Shown here one piece after another: positions 26,501 to 43,490 of a stretch of DNA of 64,000 nt. The notes below the pieces were generated by a model. The model did not search any database. It was not told where the DNA came from and saw nothing but the letters and a program-made list of their open reading frames with translations. Origin of the DNA: Macrostomum lignano (lineage: Eukaryota); assembly GCA_002269645.1 (NCBI GenBank), contig NIVC01000684.1, forward strand, positions 1 to 64,000. The letters are read 5' to 3'. Each line of letters starts with the position of its first letter. Position 1 is the first letter of the stretch. The position numbers and the translations under genes are program-made.

Positions 26501-27071
26501 TTGTCTTGGTGCCTGTTTGTCTTGGTGCCTGTTTGTCTTGGTGTCTGTTTGTCTGTTGTGTCTGTTTGTCTTCGTGTCTGTTTGCTTAGTTACCAGAGAT
26601 CTTGGAAGTTTCACAGTTAGGCTTAAATTGTACGCTCGTATATCCCGTTAAAAACTTTGGTTTGAAAACTTAGAAAACAAGCCAGTATCTAAGCAACATA
26701 CTGCACTATCCGCCTCATCGAACCAGTCGCAGGAATCCTTGTCAGCCTACGCATTTGACGAACAGCAACAGCAGAAGCAGCAACCGCAGTTGCAGACTTT
26801 TCTAGTGGAGCACGAAAGCAACCAAGTCGCTAGTCCAATAATCCAGAGCTGCCGGATCTCGTGCTCCGACCGACTGATCGAGCGACGTCTCTCGTCGATT
26901 TACGATTGAGAAAACTCGTTGTCGGTCGACACATCATCGGCCGACAAGAAGCGCCGTCGTTACTCGGAAATTCGTCTTGGAGCGTTTGAAGTAGCGCCAG
27001 ATACAAATGATGATGAGTTGAGTCTTAGCCACTTGAAGGCACTCGATACTAGGCCTGTGACAGACCTTTGA
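2463..27071 (+). CDS. Cav3: T-type voltage-gated calcium channel alpha1 subunit gene (5'-partial, multi-exon)
   Basis: Chain of phase-compatible GT-AG exons. Pore loops read SLESW / TQEDW / SKDGW / TGDNW (EEDD filter). Gating-brake helix-loop-helix follows IS6. PRASPE and IITHTAATP motifs and S4 segments of domains II-IV are present. Confidence 0.97.
3170..3775. repeat. 12-bp minisatellite (gtcttagtgcct) grading into (gtct)n
   Basis: Direct reading. Confidence 0.95.
3820..4005 (+). CDS. Cav3: Cav3 exon, IS6 and gating brake
   Basis: [25 protein letters not shown]...[15 protein letters not shown], phase 0-0. Confidence 0.95.
4089..4628 (+). CDS. Cav3: Cav3 exon, I-II loop (apparent 1-nt frameshift near 4312)
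   Basis: [12 protein letters not shown]...PPRASPE in one frame; SSDFVDEE...DAQGSRRSS...AREMT|gtgagc in a second frame. Confidence 0.75.
4662..5055. repeat. 28-bp minisatellite (ctgggccagcctcccagatcctcagttg)
   Basis: Direct reading. Confidence 0.95.
5630..5716 (+). CDS. possible small Cav3 I-II loop exon
   Basis: cacttgcag acceptor, open phase-1 frame [20 protein letters not shown]..., possible gtgagc donor; no conserved motif. Confidence 0.25.
5975..6265. repeat. 20-bp minisatellite (gaccactccaagacacaact)
   Basis: Direct reading. Confidence 0.95.
6418..6539 (+). CDS. Cav3: Cav3 exon, IIS1
   Basis: [40 protein letters not shown]|gtaagc. Confidence 0.95.
6616..6767 (+). CDS. Cav3: Cav3 exon, IIS2-S3
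   Basis: [50 protein letters not shown]. Confidence 0.95.
7153..7338 (+). CDS. Cav3: Cav3 exon, IIS4-S5
   Basis: [51 protein letters not shown]. Confidence 0.96.
8663..8780 (+). CDS. Cav3: Cav3 alternative domain II turret exon, 12a type (3 Cys)
   Basis: tttcag|[40 protein letters not shown]|gtattc; phase 2-0; absent from the ORF track. Confidence 0.92.
9696..9849 (+). CDS. Cav3: Cav3 alternative domain II turret exon, 12b type (5 Cys)
   Basis: ctcag|[52 protein letters not shown]|gtagaa; phase 2-0. Confidence 0.94.
10505..10745. repeat. ~85-bp unit x3 (cagcctagggggcaggcccaatc...cagccaatgagagagcag)
   Basis: Direct reading. Confidence 0.8.
11525..11820. repeat. ~23-bp minisatellite (gtggatattcagtgtctatatgg)
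   Basis: Direct reading. Confidence 0.88.
11876..12031 (+). CDS. Cav3: Cav3 exon, domain II P-loop/S6
   Basis: [52 protein letters not shown]. Confidence 0.97.
12470..12815 (+). mobile_element. SINE-like repeat, family 2
   Basis: ccaggctcgattcc...gcagtcac...caggggagtcgg...A-rich end; shared with 14935-15085 and 44600-44910. Confidence 0.7.
13335..13408 (+). other. tRNA-like sequence (SINE head or tRNA pseudogene)
   Basis: TAGTCCAGCGG A box and GGTTCGAATCCC B box at tRNA spacing; stems imperfect. Confidence 0.5.
13900..14044 (+). CDS. Cav3: Cav3 exon, II-III linker
   Basis: [10 protein letters not shown]...RRLPSRLF|gtgaga, phase 0-1. Confidence 0.75.
14175..14510. repeat. 11-bp minisatellite (aaaacctactc)
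   Basis: Direct reading. Confidence 0.88.
14541..14863 (+). CDS. Cav3: Cav3 exon, II-III linker with poly-Q
   Basis: ...[17 protein letters not shown]... (conserved Cav3 motif), phase 1-0, gtgagt donor. Confidence 0.88.
14935..15085 (+). mobile_element. family 2 repeat, 3'-truncated
   Basis: Near-identical to 12490-12610. Confidence 0.7.
15268..15344 (+). CDS. Cav3: Cav3 small exon, II-III linker
   Basis: cag|[27 protein letters not shown]|gtaaga; supplies the phase 0-2 link required by its neighbours. Confidence 0.7.
15650..15925. repeat. 18-bp minisatellite (cacccacctcactccccg)
   Basis: Direct reading. Confidence 0.93.
16171..16281 (+). CDS. Cav3: Cav3 small exon, II-III linker (alternative acceptor at 16264)
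   Basis: ttgtcccag|[11 protein letters not shown]...KQSAL|gtattc, phase 2-2. Confidence 0.6.
16882..17146 (+). CDS. Cav3: Cav3 exon, II-III linker
   Basis: [10 protein letters not shown]...DKRDDAFW|gtgagt; CNG motif; phase 2-0. Confidence 0.75.
17185..17555. repeat. ~35-bp minisatellite (ttttcctaccctcaaatgtacatc...)
   Basis: Direct reading. Confidence 0.92.
17667..17758 (+). CDS. Cav3: Cav3 exon preceding IIIS1
   Basis: [30 protein letters not shown]. Confidence 0.9.
17838..17961 (+). CDS. Cav3: Cav3 exon, IIIS1
   Basis: [41 protein letters not shown]. Confidence 0.95.
18457..18829 (+). CDS. Cav3: Cav3 exon, IIIS2-S5
   Basis: [20 protein letters not shown]...[45 protein letters not shown]. 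Confidence 0.97.
18925..19245. repeat. ~33-bp minisatellite (ctgaagacacgaagttaaaccaagaaccattga)
   Basis: Direct reading. Confidence 0.92.
19320..19739 (+). CDS. Cav3: Cav3 exon, domain III pore/S6 and III-IV linker
   Basis: [11 protein letters not shown]...[14 protein letters not shown]...[10 protein letters not shown]...RRMEKRRK. Confidence 0.97.
19800..21715. repeat. complex satellite built on gtcttagg with higher-order duplications
   Basis: Direct reading; rare variants recur at long spacing. Confidence 0.95.
22069..22220 (+). CDS. Cav3: Cav3 exon, IVS1
   Basis: [50 protein letters not shown]. Confidence 0.96.
22302..22411 (+). CDS. Cav3: Cav3 exon, IVS2
   Basis: [36 protein letters not shown]. 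Confidence 0.95.
23515..23645 (+). CDS. Cav3: Cav3 exon, IVS3-S4
   Basis: [43 protein letters not shown]. Confidence 0.96.
23822..23971 (+). CDS. Cav3: Cav3 exon, IVS4-S5
   Basis: [49 protein letters not shown]. Confidence 0.97.
24107..24490 (+). mobile_element. tRNA-derived CORE-like SINE, family 1 (internal ~100-bp replacement)
   Basis: A box TAGCCTAATGG, B box GTTCGATTC, cacccagctgtaaaatgggt, AT-rich tail. Confidence 0.8.
24669..24946 (+). CDS. Cav3: Cav3 exon, domain IV pore/S6
   Basis: [41 protein letters not shown]...[11 protein letters not shown]. Confidence 0.97.
25025..25220. repeat. 24-bp minisatellite (tattctatggcccaactcctca..)
   Basis: Direct reading. Confidence 0.88.
25307..25426 (+). 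CDS. Cav3: Cav3 exon, proximal C-terminus
   Basis: [23 protein letters not shown]...|gtaacc. Confidence 0.9.
25490..26585. repeat. 16-bp minisatellite (cttggtgcctgtttgt)
   Basis: Direct reading; same family at 27520-27600 and 30150-30500. Confidence 0.96.
26674..27071 (+). CDS. Cav3: probable Cav3 terminal exon (acceptor uncertain; internal TGA at 26907-26909)
   Basis: Protein-like frame ...[15 protein letters not shown]...[15 protein letters not shown]...RPVTDL*. Confidence 0.55.
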
Positions 27072-28449
27072 CAACTTCCGAAATCCTAAAAGCGATGATC
27101 ATTTTGCAACATGTACACCTTAATACGTTACTTGCCTTCCGTGGTACATAAAATCTAACAGATTACTGAAATAGAAGGACGCTGAAGGACAATATTCATC
27201 CGGTGACGATGTACATAGTTGAAACATGCACTCAGCAACACGTTAAAGTGGCTCGGATCCCAGCCCGAAGTGACGTAATTCACAGCTCTCTGTGGGTGAT
27301 GCAAACTTGCGTCACAATGCCCCAGCTTAAACTGGTTGAGGAGAGAATGGAAGAGATATGGCTTGAGTTAAATTATAGCTGCCACCTTGTTAACCGCAGC
27401 ATGCTTTCGGGGTGGAAATTTGAACATGTTGCAGAGTTAACAGACTTGATCCAATTGTAAAATATGTGTAGCTATATACCGCTATGTGTCTGAATGATTG
27501 TCTGTCTATATATATTCTGTTTGTCTTGGTGTCTGTTTGTCTTGGTGTCTGTTTGTCTTGGTGTCTGTTTGTCATGGTGTCTGTTTGTCATGGCGTCTTT
27601 CTTGCTGCACTTAGAGAAATAGAATACCTTGTCAGACTAGCTCACTCACTAGGGATAGAGCCATCAGGCATCCTATGGATAAACTTGTGATATTAACTCG
27701 AGTCAAAAACTTGAACATGTTGCTGGGTGAAATAAATAATTCGAATTTTAGTGCAAAGAACTTGTTTCAATTGTAAAAATGGTTAGCTATATACACGAAT
27801 AAAAATATCATTTTACGGAAATGCAGGCAGTTGGCAGAAATAAACGGTAAAATCAACTCCTTCTATTTTACGAGTACATCAGTAGTCTGCTAATACTATG
27901 TCGGTGATATAAGAAAGCAGATTTATCTTACTTATAGTAGGCCCCAACGCGCTCAACGATTTTTTGTCTTTAGCTTCGCGCGATGATGCTGTCTGCATTT
28001 TCTAACGAATCGACATGACTTTGTAACCACCTTCCTTCTTCTCCTCATTATCTGTCCTTTGTCTCCGTCTTTCTGACCCCTCCCTGCAGGAGACGCGGGA
28101 AGATGGCCATTTTCTAACACTAATTATGTTAGTCGTAATATTTTTATGATTATTTTCTTCGTGGAAATCTTCACAAACAAATTAAGTCTGCTCCCGGATA
28201 AGTTAAAACAAAATTGAAATTCATTTTCTGTAATAATATAATTGCACAGCTTATGAATCAAAGTTTAATTGACAAGCTGTGTGCATTCGTATATTCTTCG
28301 TATATTTATCCAGATCATTCAAAACTACTATGATTACACTGCACTGGTACCATTGCGGGAAAATTTTATGTTTAAGTGGATGCATAAAAACTAGCGGTAT
28401 ATATTCCGGTAAAGCTTATTTACAAGTAGTAATTAAATAATAGTCTTGA

Positions 28450-28727
28450 TTGATTACACCTGCCTTAATGGGCCAGATGTGCAACCGACAGCTCAGCCGC
28501 AGCTATTGCGCGGCGCATCTGAAGGCTGCGTACGGCTGGGGGTCGCCACACACACCCTCAGTTACCCCAGCTAATGCTGGTCACCCATTTTACTGCTGGG
28601 TGAACTGAAGCAATGCAAAGTTAAGTGTCTTGCTCAGGGACAAAAATGGTTCCGAAGTGGGTCGAGAATCGAACCTCCGACCTTCAAGTTGTGAGACCGA
28701 CGCTTTGACCACTAGGCTACAACCCCC
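28450..28727 (-). mobile_element. SINE family 1 copy
   Basis: Reverse-complement similarity to 47222-47545. Confidence 0.8.
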
Positions 28728-28824
28728 TAGCCTATTGCTATATATGCTATCAAGTAGTGTAACAAATTAACTTTATAGTCGATTTCCACCCCCTAGTCGA
28801 ACGATCTTGTTACACAGAGATTTC

Positions 28825-29612
28825 CTTAGTTACGCCGAGTGTTCCTTAGTTACGCCGAGAGTTCCTTAGTTACGCCGAGTGTTCCTTAGTTAGTTACGCC
28901 GAGAGTTCCTTAGTTACGCCGAGAGTTCCTTAGTTACGGCGAGAGTTCCTTAGTTACGCCGAGAGTTCCTTAGTTACGCCGAGTGTTCCTTAGTTAGTTA
29001 CGCCGAGAGTTCCTTAGTTACGCCGAGAGTTCCTTAGTTACGCCGAGAGTTCCTTAGTTACGCCGAGAGTTCCTTAGTTACAAGGAGAATTCCTTAGTTA
29101 CACCGAGAGTTCCTTAGTTACGGCGAGAGTTCCTTAGTTACGCCGAGAGTTCCTTAGTTACGCCGAGTGTTCCTTAGTTAGTTACGCCGAGAGTTCCTTA
29201 GTTACGCCGAGAGTTCCTTAGTTACGCCGAGAGTTCCTTAGTTACAAGGAGAATTCCTTAGTTACGCCGAGTGTTCCTTAGTTAGTTACGCCGAGAGTTC
29301 CTTAGTTACGCCGAGAGTTCCTTAGTTACAAGGAGAATTCCTTAGTTACACCGAGAGTTCCTTAGTTACGGCGAGAGTTCCTTAGTTACACCGAGTGTTC
29401 CTTAGTTACGCCGAGAGTTCCTTAGTTACGCCGAGAGTTCCTTAGTTACACCGAGAGTTCCTTAGTTACGCCGAGAGTTCCTTAGTTACACCGAGAGTTC
29501 CTTAGTTACGCCGAGAGTTCCTTAGTTACACCGAGAGTTCCTTAGTTACGCCGAGAGTTCCTTAGTTACACCGAGAGTTCCTTAGTTACGCCGAGAGTTC
29601 CTTAGTTACACA
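28825..29612. repeat. 20-bp minisatellite (gttccttagttacgccgaga)
   Basis: Direct reading. Confidence 0.96.
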
Positions 29613-29732
29613 AATATACCGATTAGCGTGCATGCATCGCAGCTCACTTTTTGATTATTAAAAAACTAAAGCATAAAAATTTTGTTTTCGCTAAAGCCTT
29701 CGTCAAAACCATGCAACAAAAGCAGTTTTTAA

Positions 29733-35826
<6,094 letters not shown>

Positions 35827-36179
35827 CTGCAAGCGCTTTGGCAATATATAAAGAGTTACAACTTGCAGGCTATCGTGTCCTTTACGTATTGGCATTCCTG
35901 TGCGTCCATCAATAGGTCTGTCTCTATCCATAAGCTCTCTCCCGGCTGTCTCTCTCAGTGCATTTCTCTACCACCCAGCAGCAGACCCCGATCCCGGGTT
36001 GCATAGTTTCGCAACTCTCCTGTCGCCCTGCGTAAATTTTCTAATTGTCTTAACTGCGCGCTTTCTAGCAGATTTGCTTTTGATGGCCCAAGCGAAAACT
36101 TCAAGATTGGCCCAGGCCAGACAACAGTGCTGTGTAAGAGTGGCTTATGCGGATACGCAGTTGCTAGTCGCTACAATAA

Positions 36180-36315
36180 GCTGCCGGACACAAATTTTTT
36201 TGAACTTGCTGCGCTGCCTGGGATCCGCGCTCCCCCCCTGGAAAACACAAATGGACTGTCACGTGGAGGAGTAGCATTCCTTATCTACCCCGATCTACCA
36301 CTGCACGGCTTAAAT
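36180..36315 (+). pseudogene. possible LINE APE-endonuclease fragment
   Basis: ..LPG..TNGLSRGGVAFLI resembles the RGGGVAILI motif; short. Confidence 0.35.
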
Positions 36316-36444
36316 GTTTTGACCGTTGTTTAGAAGGATGCGATTCCCTCCGATCGAGTTGGAAATGCTCCGGGAGTGGGGGCCAGTCAAACACAGATAG
36401 GTCTTCTCTGTGTTCAGATGTTACTCGTGCTGATGAAGCAGAAT

Positions 36445-38015
36445 CTACTGACACAGCATCTACTGACAACCCATCTACTGACACAGCATCTACTGACACA
36501 GCATCTACTGACACAGCATCTACTGACACAGCATCTACTGACACAGCATCTACTGACACAGCATCTACTGACACAGCATCTACTGACACACCATCTACTG
36601 ACACCATCTACTGACACAGCATCTACTGACAACCCATCTACTGACACACCATCTACTGACACACCATCTATAGCATCTACTGACACACCATCTACTGACA
36701 ACCATCTACTGACACCATCTACTAACACAGCATCTACTGACACAGCATCTACTGACACAATCTACTGACACACCATATACTGACAAACCATCTACTGACA
36801 CACCATCTACTGACACACCATATACTGACAAACCATATACTGACAAACCATCTACTGACAAACCATCTACTGACACACCATCTACTGACACACCATATAC
36901 TGACAAACCATCTACTGACACACCATCTACTGACACACCATCTACTGACACACCATCTACTGACACACCATATACTGACACACCATCTACTGACAACCAT
37001 CTACTGACACCATCTACTGACACAGCATCTACTGACAACCCATCTACTGACACACCATCTACTGACACACCATCTATAGCATCTACTGACACACCATCTA
37101 CTGACAACCATCTACTGACAACCATCTACTGACACCATCTACTGATACACCATCTACTGACACACCATCTACTGACACCATCTACTGACACACCATATAC
37201 TGACACACCATCTACTGACAACCATCTACTGACACCATCTACTGACACAGCATCTACTGACAACCCATCTACTGACACACCATCTACTGACACACCATCT
37301 ATAGCATCTACTGACACACCATCTACTGACAACCATCTACTGACAACCATCTACTGACACCATCTACTGATACACCATCTACTGACACACCATCTACTGA
37401 CACCATCTACTGACACACCATATACTGACACACCATCTACTGACAACCATCTACTGACACCATCTACTGACACAGCATCTACTGACAACCCATCTACTGA
37501 CACACCATCTACTGACACACCATCTATAGCATCTACTGACACACCATCTACTGACAACCATCTACTGACAACCATCTACTGACAACCATCTACTGACACC
37601 ATATACTGACAAACCATCTACTGACAAACCATCTACTGACACACCATCTACTGACAAACCATCTACTGACACACCATCTACTGACAACCCATCTACTGAC
37701 ACACCATCTACTGACACACCATCTATAGCATCTACTGACACACCATCTACTGACACACCATCTATAGCATCTACTGACACACCATCTACTGACAACCATC
37801 TACTGACACCATCTACTGACACACCATGTACTGACAAACCATCTACTGACAAACCATCTACTGACACACTATGTACTGACAAACCATCTACTGACACACC
37901 ATCTACTGACACACCATCTACTGACACACTATCTACTGACAAACCATCTACTGACACACCATCTACTGACACACCATCTACTGACAAACCATCTACTGAC
38001 ACACCATCTACTGAA
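36445..38015. repeat. 14-15-bp minisatellite (catctactgacacac)
   Basis: Direct reading. Confidence 0.96.
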
Positions 38016-38529
38016 AGACTGACACAACTTGTAGAGACATCGCCATCAGAAAAGAGACATAAACCAGCTCTTTAAGACCTACTAAAACTGCAACAGACCC
38101 CAGGTAATGTCACCAGACAGACAGGTATTTCAAGCAGGGAAGCAGTTACGAGTACACCTTGTTAGAATTTCCGTATTAATCATTGCAAAAAACGCAAGAA
38201 TTGTTCGATACATTCGTGCAGGATTCGTGACTAGTTTCAGGAATTTCCGCATCAACCACCGCAGGGAGTTTGGGAGTTTACAAATGCTTGCACTGACCAG
38301 AATTTCGAATAGAAATAAGTGCATTTTCCATTCATTGCCTTCGGCTATATCGAGTTCTATTTCTGCACTTTTCCCAGACTTTTTCGATGACGCAGCAACT
38401 TATCCGCATTAATCCCTTAGTAATACTTTAGTAATTAATTTGGGTTGTTTAAAACAAAAATACGAAGTACTTTTTAGAAATGGATTACTAAATAACTTTC
38501 AGATCGGTTCTCAAACCATTTCAGCAGAG

Positions 38530-40512
38530 ATTCTCAAACAAGATCGGTGAGATTCTCAAACACAATCGGTGAGATTCTCAGACACAATCGGTGAGATTCT
38601 CAAACACAATCGGTGAGATTCTCAGACACAATCGGTGAGATTCTCAAACACAATCAGTGATTATCAAACACAATCGGTGAGATTCTCATACACAATCAAT
38701 GAGATTCTCAAACACACTAAATGAGATTCTCAAACACAATCAATGAGATTCTCAAACACACTAAATGAGATTCTCAAACACAATCAGTGAGATTCTCAAA
38801 CACAATCAGTGAGATTCTCAAACACAATCAGTGAGATTCTCAAACACAATCAGTGAGATTCTCAAACACAATCAGTGAGATTCTCAAACACAATCAGTGA
38901 GATTCTCAAACACAATCAATGAGATTCTCAAACACAATCTGTGAGATTCCTAAAAACAATCAGTGAGATTCTCAAGCACAATCGGGGAGATTCTCAAACA
39001 CAATCAATGAGATTCTCAAACACAATCTGTGAGATTCCTAAAAACAATCAATGAGATTCTCAAACACAATCAGTGAGATTCCTAAAAACAATCAGTGAGA
39101 TTCTCAAGCACAATCGGGGAGATTCTCAAACACAATCAATGAGATTCTCAAACACAATCGGTGAGATTCTCAAACACAATCAGTGAGATTCTCAAGCACA
39201 ATCGGTGAGATTCTCAAACACAATCAGTGAGATTCTCAAACACAATCAGTGAGATTCTCAAACACAATCTGTGAGATTTTCAAACACAATTGGTGAGATT
39301 CTCAAACACAATCAGTGAGATTCTCAAACACAATCAGTGAGATTCTCAAACACAATCAGTGAGATTCTCAAACACAATCTGTGAGATTTTCAAACACAAT
39401 CGGTGAGATTCTCAAACACAATCAGTGAGATTCTCAAACACAATCAGTGAGATTTTCAAACACAATCGGTGAGATTCTCAAACACAATCGGTGAGATTTT
39501 CAAACACAATCGGTGAGATTCTCAAACACAATTGGTGAGATTCTCAAACACAATCAGTGAGATTCTCAAACACAATCAGTGAGATTCTCAAACACAATCA
39601 GTGAGATTCTCAAACACAATCAATGAGATTCTCAAACACAATCGGTGAGATTCTCAAACACAATCGGTGAGATTCTCAAACACAATCGGTGAGATTCTCA
39701 AACACAATCGGTGAGATTCTCAAACACAATCGGTGAGATTCTCAAACACAATCGGTGAGATTTTCAAACACAATCAGTGAGATTCTCAAACACAATCGGT
39801 GAGATTTTCAAACACAATCTGTGAGATTCTCAAACACAATCGGTGAGATTCTCAAACACAATCGGTGAGATTTTCAAACACAATCAGTGAGATTCTCAAA
39901 CACAATCGGTGAGATTTTCAAACACAATCTGTGAGATTCTCAAACACAATCGGTGAGATTCTCAAACACAATCGGTGAGATTTTCAAACACAATCAGTGA
40001 GATTCTCAAACACAATCGGTGAGATTTTCAAACACAATCGGTGAGATTCTCAAACACAATCGGTGAGATTTTCAAACACAATCGGTGAGATTTTCAATCA
40101 CAATCGGTGAGATTCTCAAACACAATCAGTGAGATTCTCAAACACAATCAATGAGATTCTCAAACACAATCAGTGAGATTTTCAAACACAATCAGTGAGA
40201 TTCTCAAACACAATCAGTGAGATTTTCAAACACAATCGGTGAGATTCTCAAACACAATCAGTGAGATTCTCAAACACAATCGGTGAGATTTTCAAACACA
40301 ATCGGTGAGATTTTCAAACACAATCGGTGAGATTTTCAAACACAATCGGTGAGATTTTCAATCACAATCGGTGAGATTCTCAAACACAATCGGTGAGATT
40401 TTCAATCAGTGAGATTCCTAAAAACAATCAGTGAGATTCTCAAACACAATCAATGAGATTCTCAAACACAATTGGTGAGATTCTCAAACACATTCAGTGA
40501 GATTCTCAAACA
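38530..40512. repeat. 22-bp minisatellite (gagattctcaaacacaatcggt)
   Basis: Direct reading. Confidence 0.97.
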
Positions 40513-40558
40513 TCACCGGAGACATTCTCAAGTCATTGTTGTGCTCAGACGGACTCAC

Positions 40559-40661
40559 CCAAAGAGACGGGCTCCGAGTTGTCTCGCCGAAGTCCGCCAA
40601 CTGCAGCGGAGGTCACGGCCGAGTGAACATTGCGTTTAGCTTCACTTTCTCGCATCGGTTC
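40559..40661 (-). CDS. candidate upstream exon of the - strand gene
   Basis: tttaacag|EPMRESEAKRNVHSAVTSAAVGGLRRDNSEPVSL|gtgagt; only one open frame. Confidence 0.5.
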
Positions 40662-41174
40662 CTGTTAAACAGGGAGCAGGGCAAACCAGACAGATGAGAC
40701 TGTGTTTCAACAACATTTTTAATTCGAATTGGCCTAACGAAAACATTTAGTCAACTCTTACCAACCTGTTTTGTCGGCTTTGGTTTGAATCTTTGTCTTA
40801 CCAACTGGAACATTTTTGCCCAGTTCGAATATTTTGAGCCGAATTTTCAAAGGAAATATCTGCAACAAACCTTTAAATATTTCTGGGGGAATTTTTCCCA
40901 AACCTGCGCAAATACTTGCGTCCTACTTGTTTTCGATGCGAAGTTGAACATTTTCCTTCAAAATCATTGCTTTGCTGCTCTTTTTAAACGCGTTTTTATG
41001 ATTTTTTGAAAATTCTTTGAACCACGAATTCACTACGGAATTGCAGATTTCATGCTGAGCTGCGGACAAGTTTAATTGCGTTTTCTTTTGATCCTCAGTG
41101 CCGCGGATGCGATTGCAGAGTTTTTCTTTTACCGCCTCATATTGCGTCTAACTTTATTGAGATTGGGAGCCTAA

Positions 41175-41580
41175 TTATGCCGGTGTTTGGCGCCTAATTT
41201 TACCGGTGTTTTGCGCCTAATTATGCTGGTGTTTGACGCCTAATTATGCTGGTGTTTTGCGCCTAATTATGCTGGTGTTTGACGCCTAATTATGCTGGTG
41301 TTTTGCGCCTAATTATGCTGGTGTTTGACGCCTAATTATGCTGGTGTTTGACGCCTAATTATGCTGGTGTTTTGCGCCTAATCATGCTGGTGTTTGACAT
41401 CTAATTATGCTGGTGTTTTGCGCCTAATGTTTCCGGTGTTGGGTGCCTAATTCTGCCGTTGTTTTGCGCCTAATGGTTCGGGTGTTGGGTGCCTAATTCT
41501 GCCATTGTTTTGCGCCTAATGCTTCCGGTGTTGGGTGCCTAATTCTGCCATTGTTTTGCACCTAATTCTGCCGTTGTTTG
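41175..41580. repeat. ~22-bp minisatellite (cgcctaattatgctggtgtttt)
   Basis: Direct reading. Confidence 0.88.
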
Positions 41581-41840
41581 ATGCGTATTGTTAAATTTCG
41601 TTTTGGACAATGTTTATGTATGTTCAAAGTTTTATAAAATTACAATTCAGAACCGCTCGTCTCTCACCCATATTGAGTGCCTGCTACTACTAATAGTAGC
41701 TGTGCCGAAATTTGCATAGCAAGAACCTGCAGACTGTCGAGCATCCATAGAAGTCAGCTGGTCGAGAGTTTGAATCGATTGTTGGGTTAATCGGCAAGAT
41801 CTGCCGCGATCAAGACCAAATCTGCCTTTGCCGGACTCAC

Positions 41841-41919
41841 TCTGGCCAATATCCGATGGTATTGTCTGCGATCTTGTCAGAGTCTGAGGTGCTTGACACC
41901 GCATCGACTTCTGACTGGT
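41841..41919 (-). CDS. candidate upstream exon of the - strand gene
   Basis: ttttctttcaacag|QSEVDAVSSTSDSDKIADNTIGYWP|gtgagt, phase 1-2. Confidence 0.45.
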
Positions 41920-41964
41920 CTGTTGAAAGAAAAGGAAGGTTAAAAGCAATGGTGTTATTACACT

Positions 41965-43490
41965 GCCAGATCTATACTGAGATCTATAACTGTCAGATCT
42001 ATACTGAGATCTATAACTGTCAGATCTATACTGAGATCTATAACTGTCAGATCTATACTGTCAGATCTATACTGTCAGATCTATACTGTCAGATCTATAC
42101 TGTCAGATCTATACTGTCAGATCTATACTGTCAGATTTATACTGTCAGATCTATACTGTCAGATCTATACTGTCAGATCTATACTGTCAGATCTATACTG
42201 TCAGATCTATACTGTCAGATCTATACTGTCAGATCTATACTGTCAGATCTATACTGAGATCTATAACTGTCAGATCTATACTGTCAGATCTATACTGTCA
42301 GATCTATACTGTCAGATCTATACTGTCAGATCTATACTGTCAGATCTATACTGTCAGATCTATACTGTCAGATCTATACTGTCAGATCTATACTGTCAGA
42401 TCTATACTGTCAGATCTATACTGTCAGATCTATACTGTCAGATCTATACTGTCAGATCTATACTGTCTGATCTATACTGTCAGATCTATACTGTCAGATC
42501 TATACTGTCAGATCTATACTGTCAGATCTATACTGTCAGATCTATACTGTCAGATCTATACTGTCAGATCTATACTGTCAGATCTATACTGTCAGATCTA
42601 TACTGTCAGATCTATACTGTCAGATCTATACTGTCAGATCTATACTGTCAGATCTATACTGTCAGATCTATACTGTCAGATCTATACTGTCTGATCTATA
42701 CTGTCAGATCTATACTGTCAGATCTATACTGTCAGATCTATACTGTCAGATCTATACTGTCAGATCTATACTGTCAGATCTATACTTTCAGATCTATACT
42801 GTCAGATCTATACTGTCAGATCTATACTGTCAGATCTATACTGTCAGATCTATACTGTCAGATCTATACTGTCAGATCTATAACTGTCAGATCTATACTG
42901 TCAGATCTATAACTGTCAGATCTATACTGTCAGATCTATACTGTCAGATCTATACTGTCAGATCTATACTGTCAGATCTATACTGAGATCTATAACTGTC
43001 AGATCTATACTGTCAGATCTATACTGTCAGATCTATACTGTCAGATCTATACTGTCAGATCTATACTGTCAGATCTATACTGTCTGATCTATACTGTCAG
43101 ATCTATACTGTCAGATCTATACTGTCAGATCTATACTGTCAGATCTATACTGTCAGATCTATACTGTCAGATCTATACTGTCAGATCTATACTGTCAGAT
43201 CTATACTGTCTGATCTATACTGTCAGATCTATACTGTCAGATCTATACTGTCAGATCTATACTGTCAGATCTATACTGTCAGATCTATACTGTCAGATCT
43301 ATACTGTCAGATCTATACTGTCAGATCTATACTGTCAGATCTATACTGTCAGATCTATACTGTCAGATCTATACTGTCTGATCTATACTGTCAGATCTAT
43401 ACTGTCTGATCTATACTGTCAGATCTATACTGTCAGATCTATACTGTCAGATCTATACTGTCAGATCTATACTGTCAGATCTATACTGTC
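41965..43490. repeat. 14-bp minisatellite (gatctatactgtca)
   Basis: Direct reading; very homogeneous. Confidence 0.97.

Noticed and set aside
26907-26909. Selenocysteine reading of the TGA
   Set aside because: No SECIS was recognisable by eye, and there is no precedent in this family.
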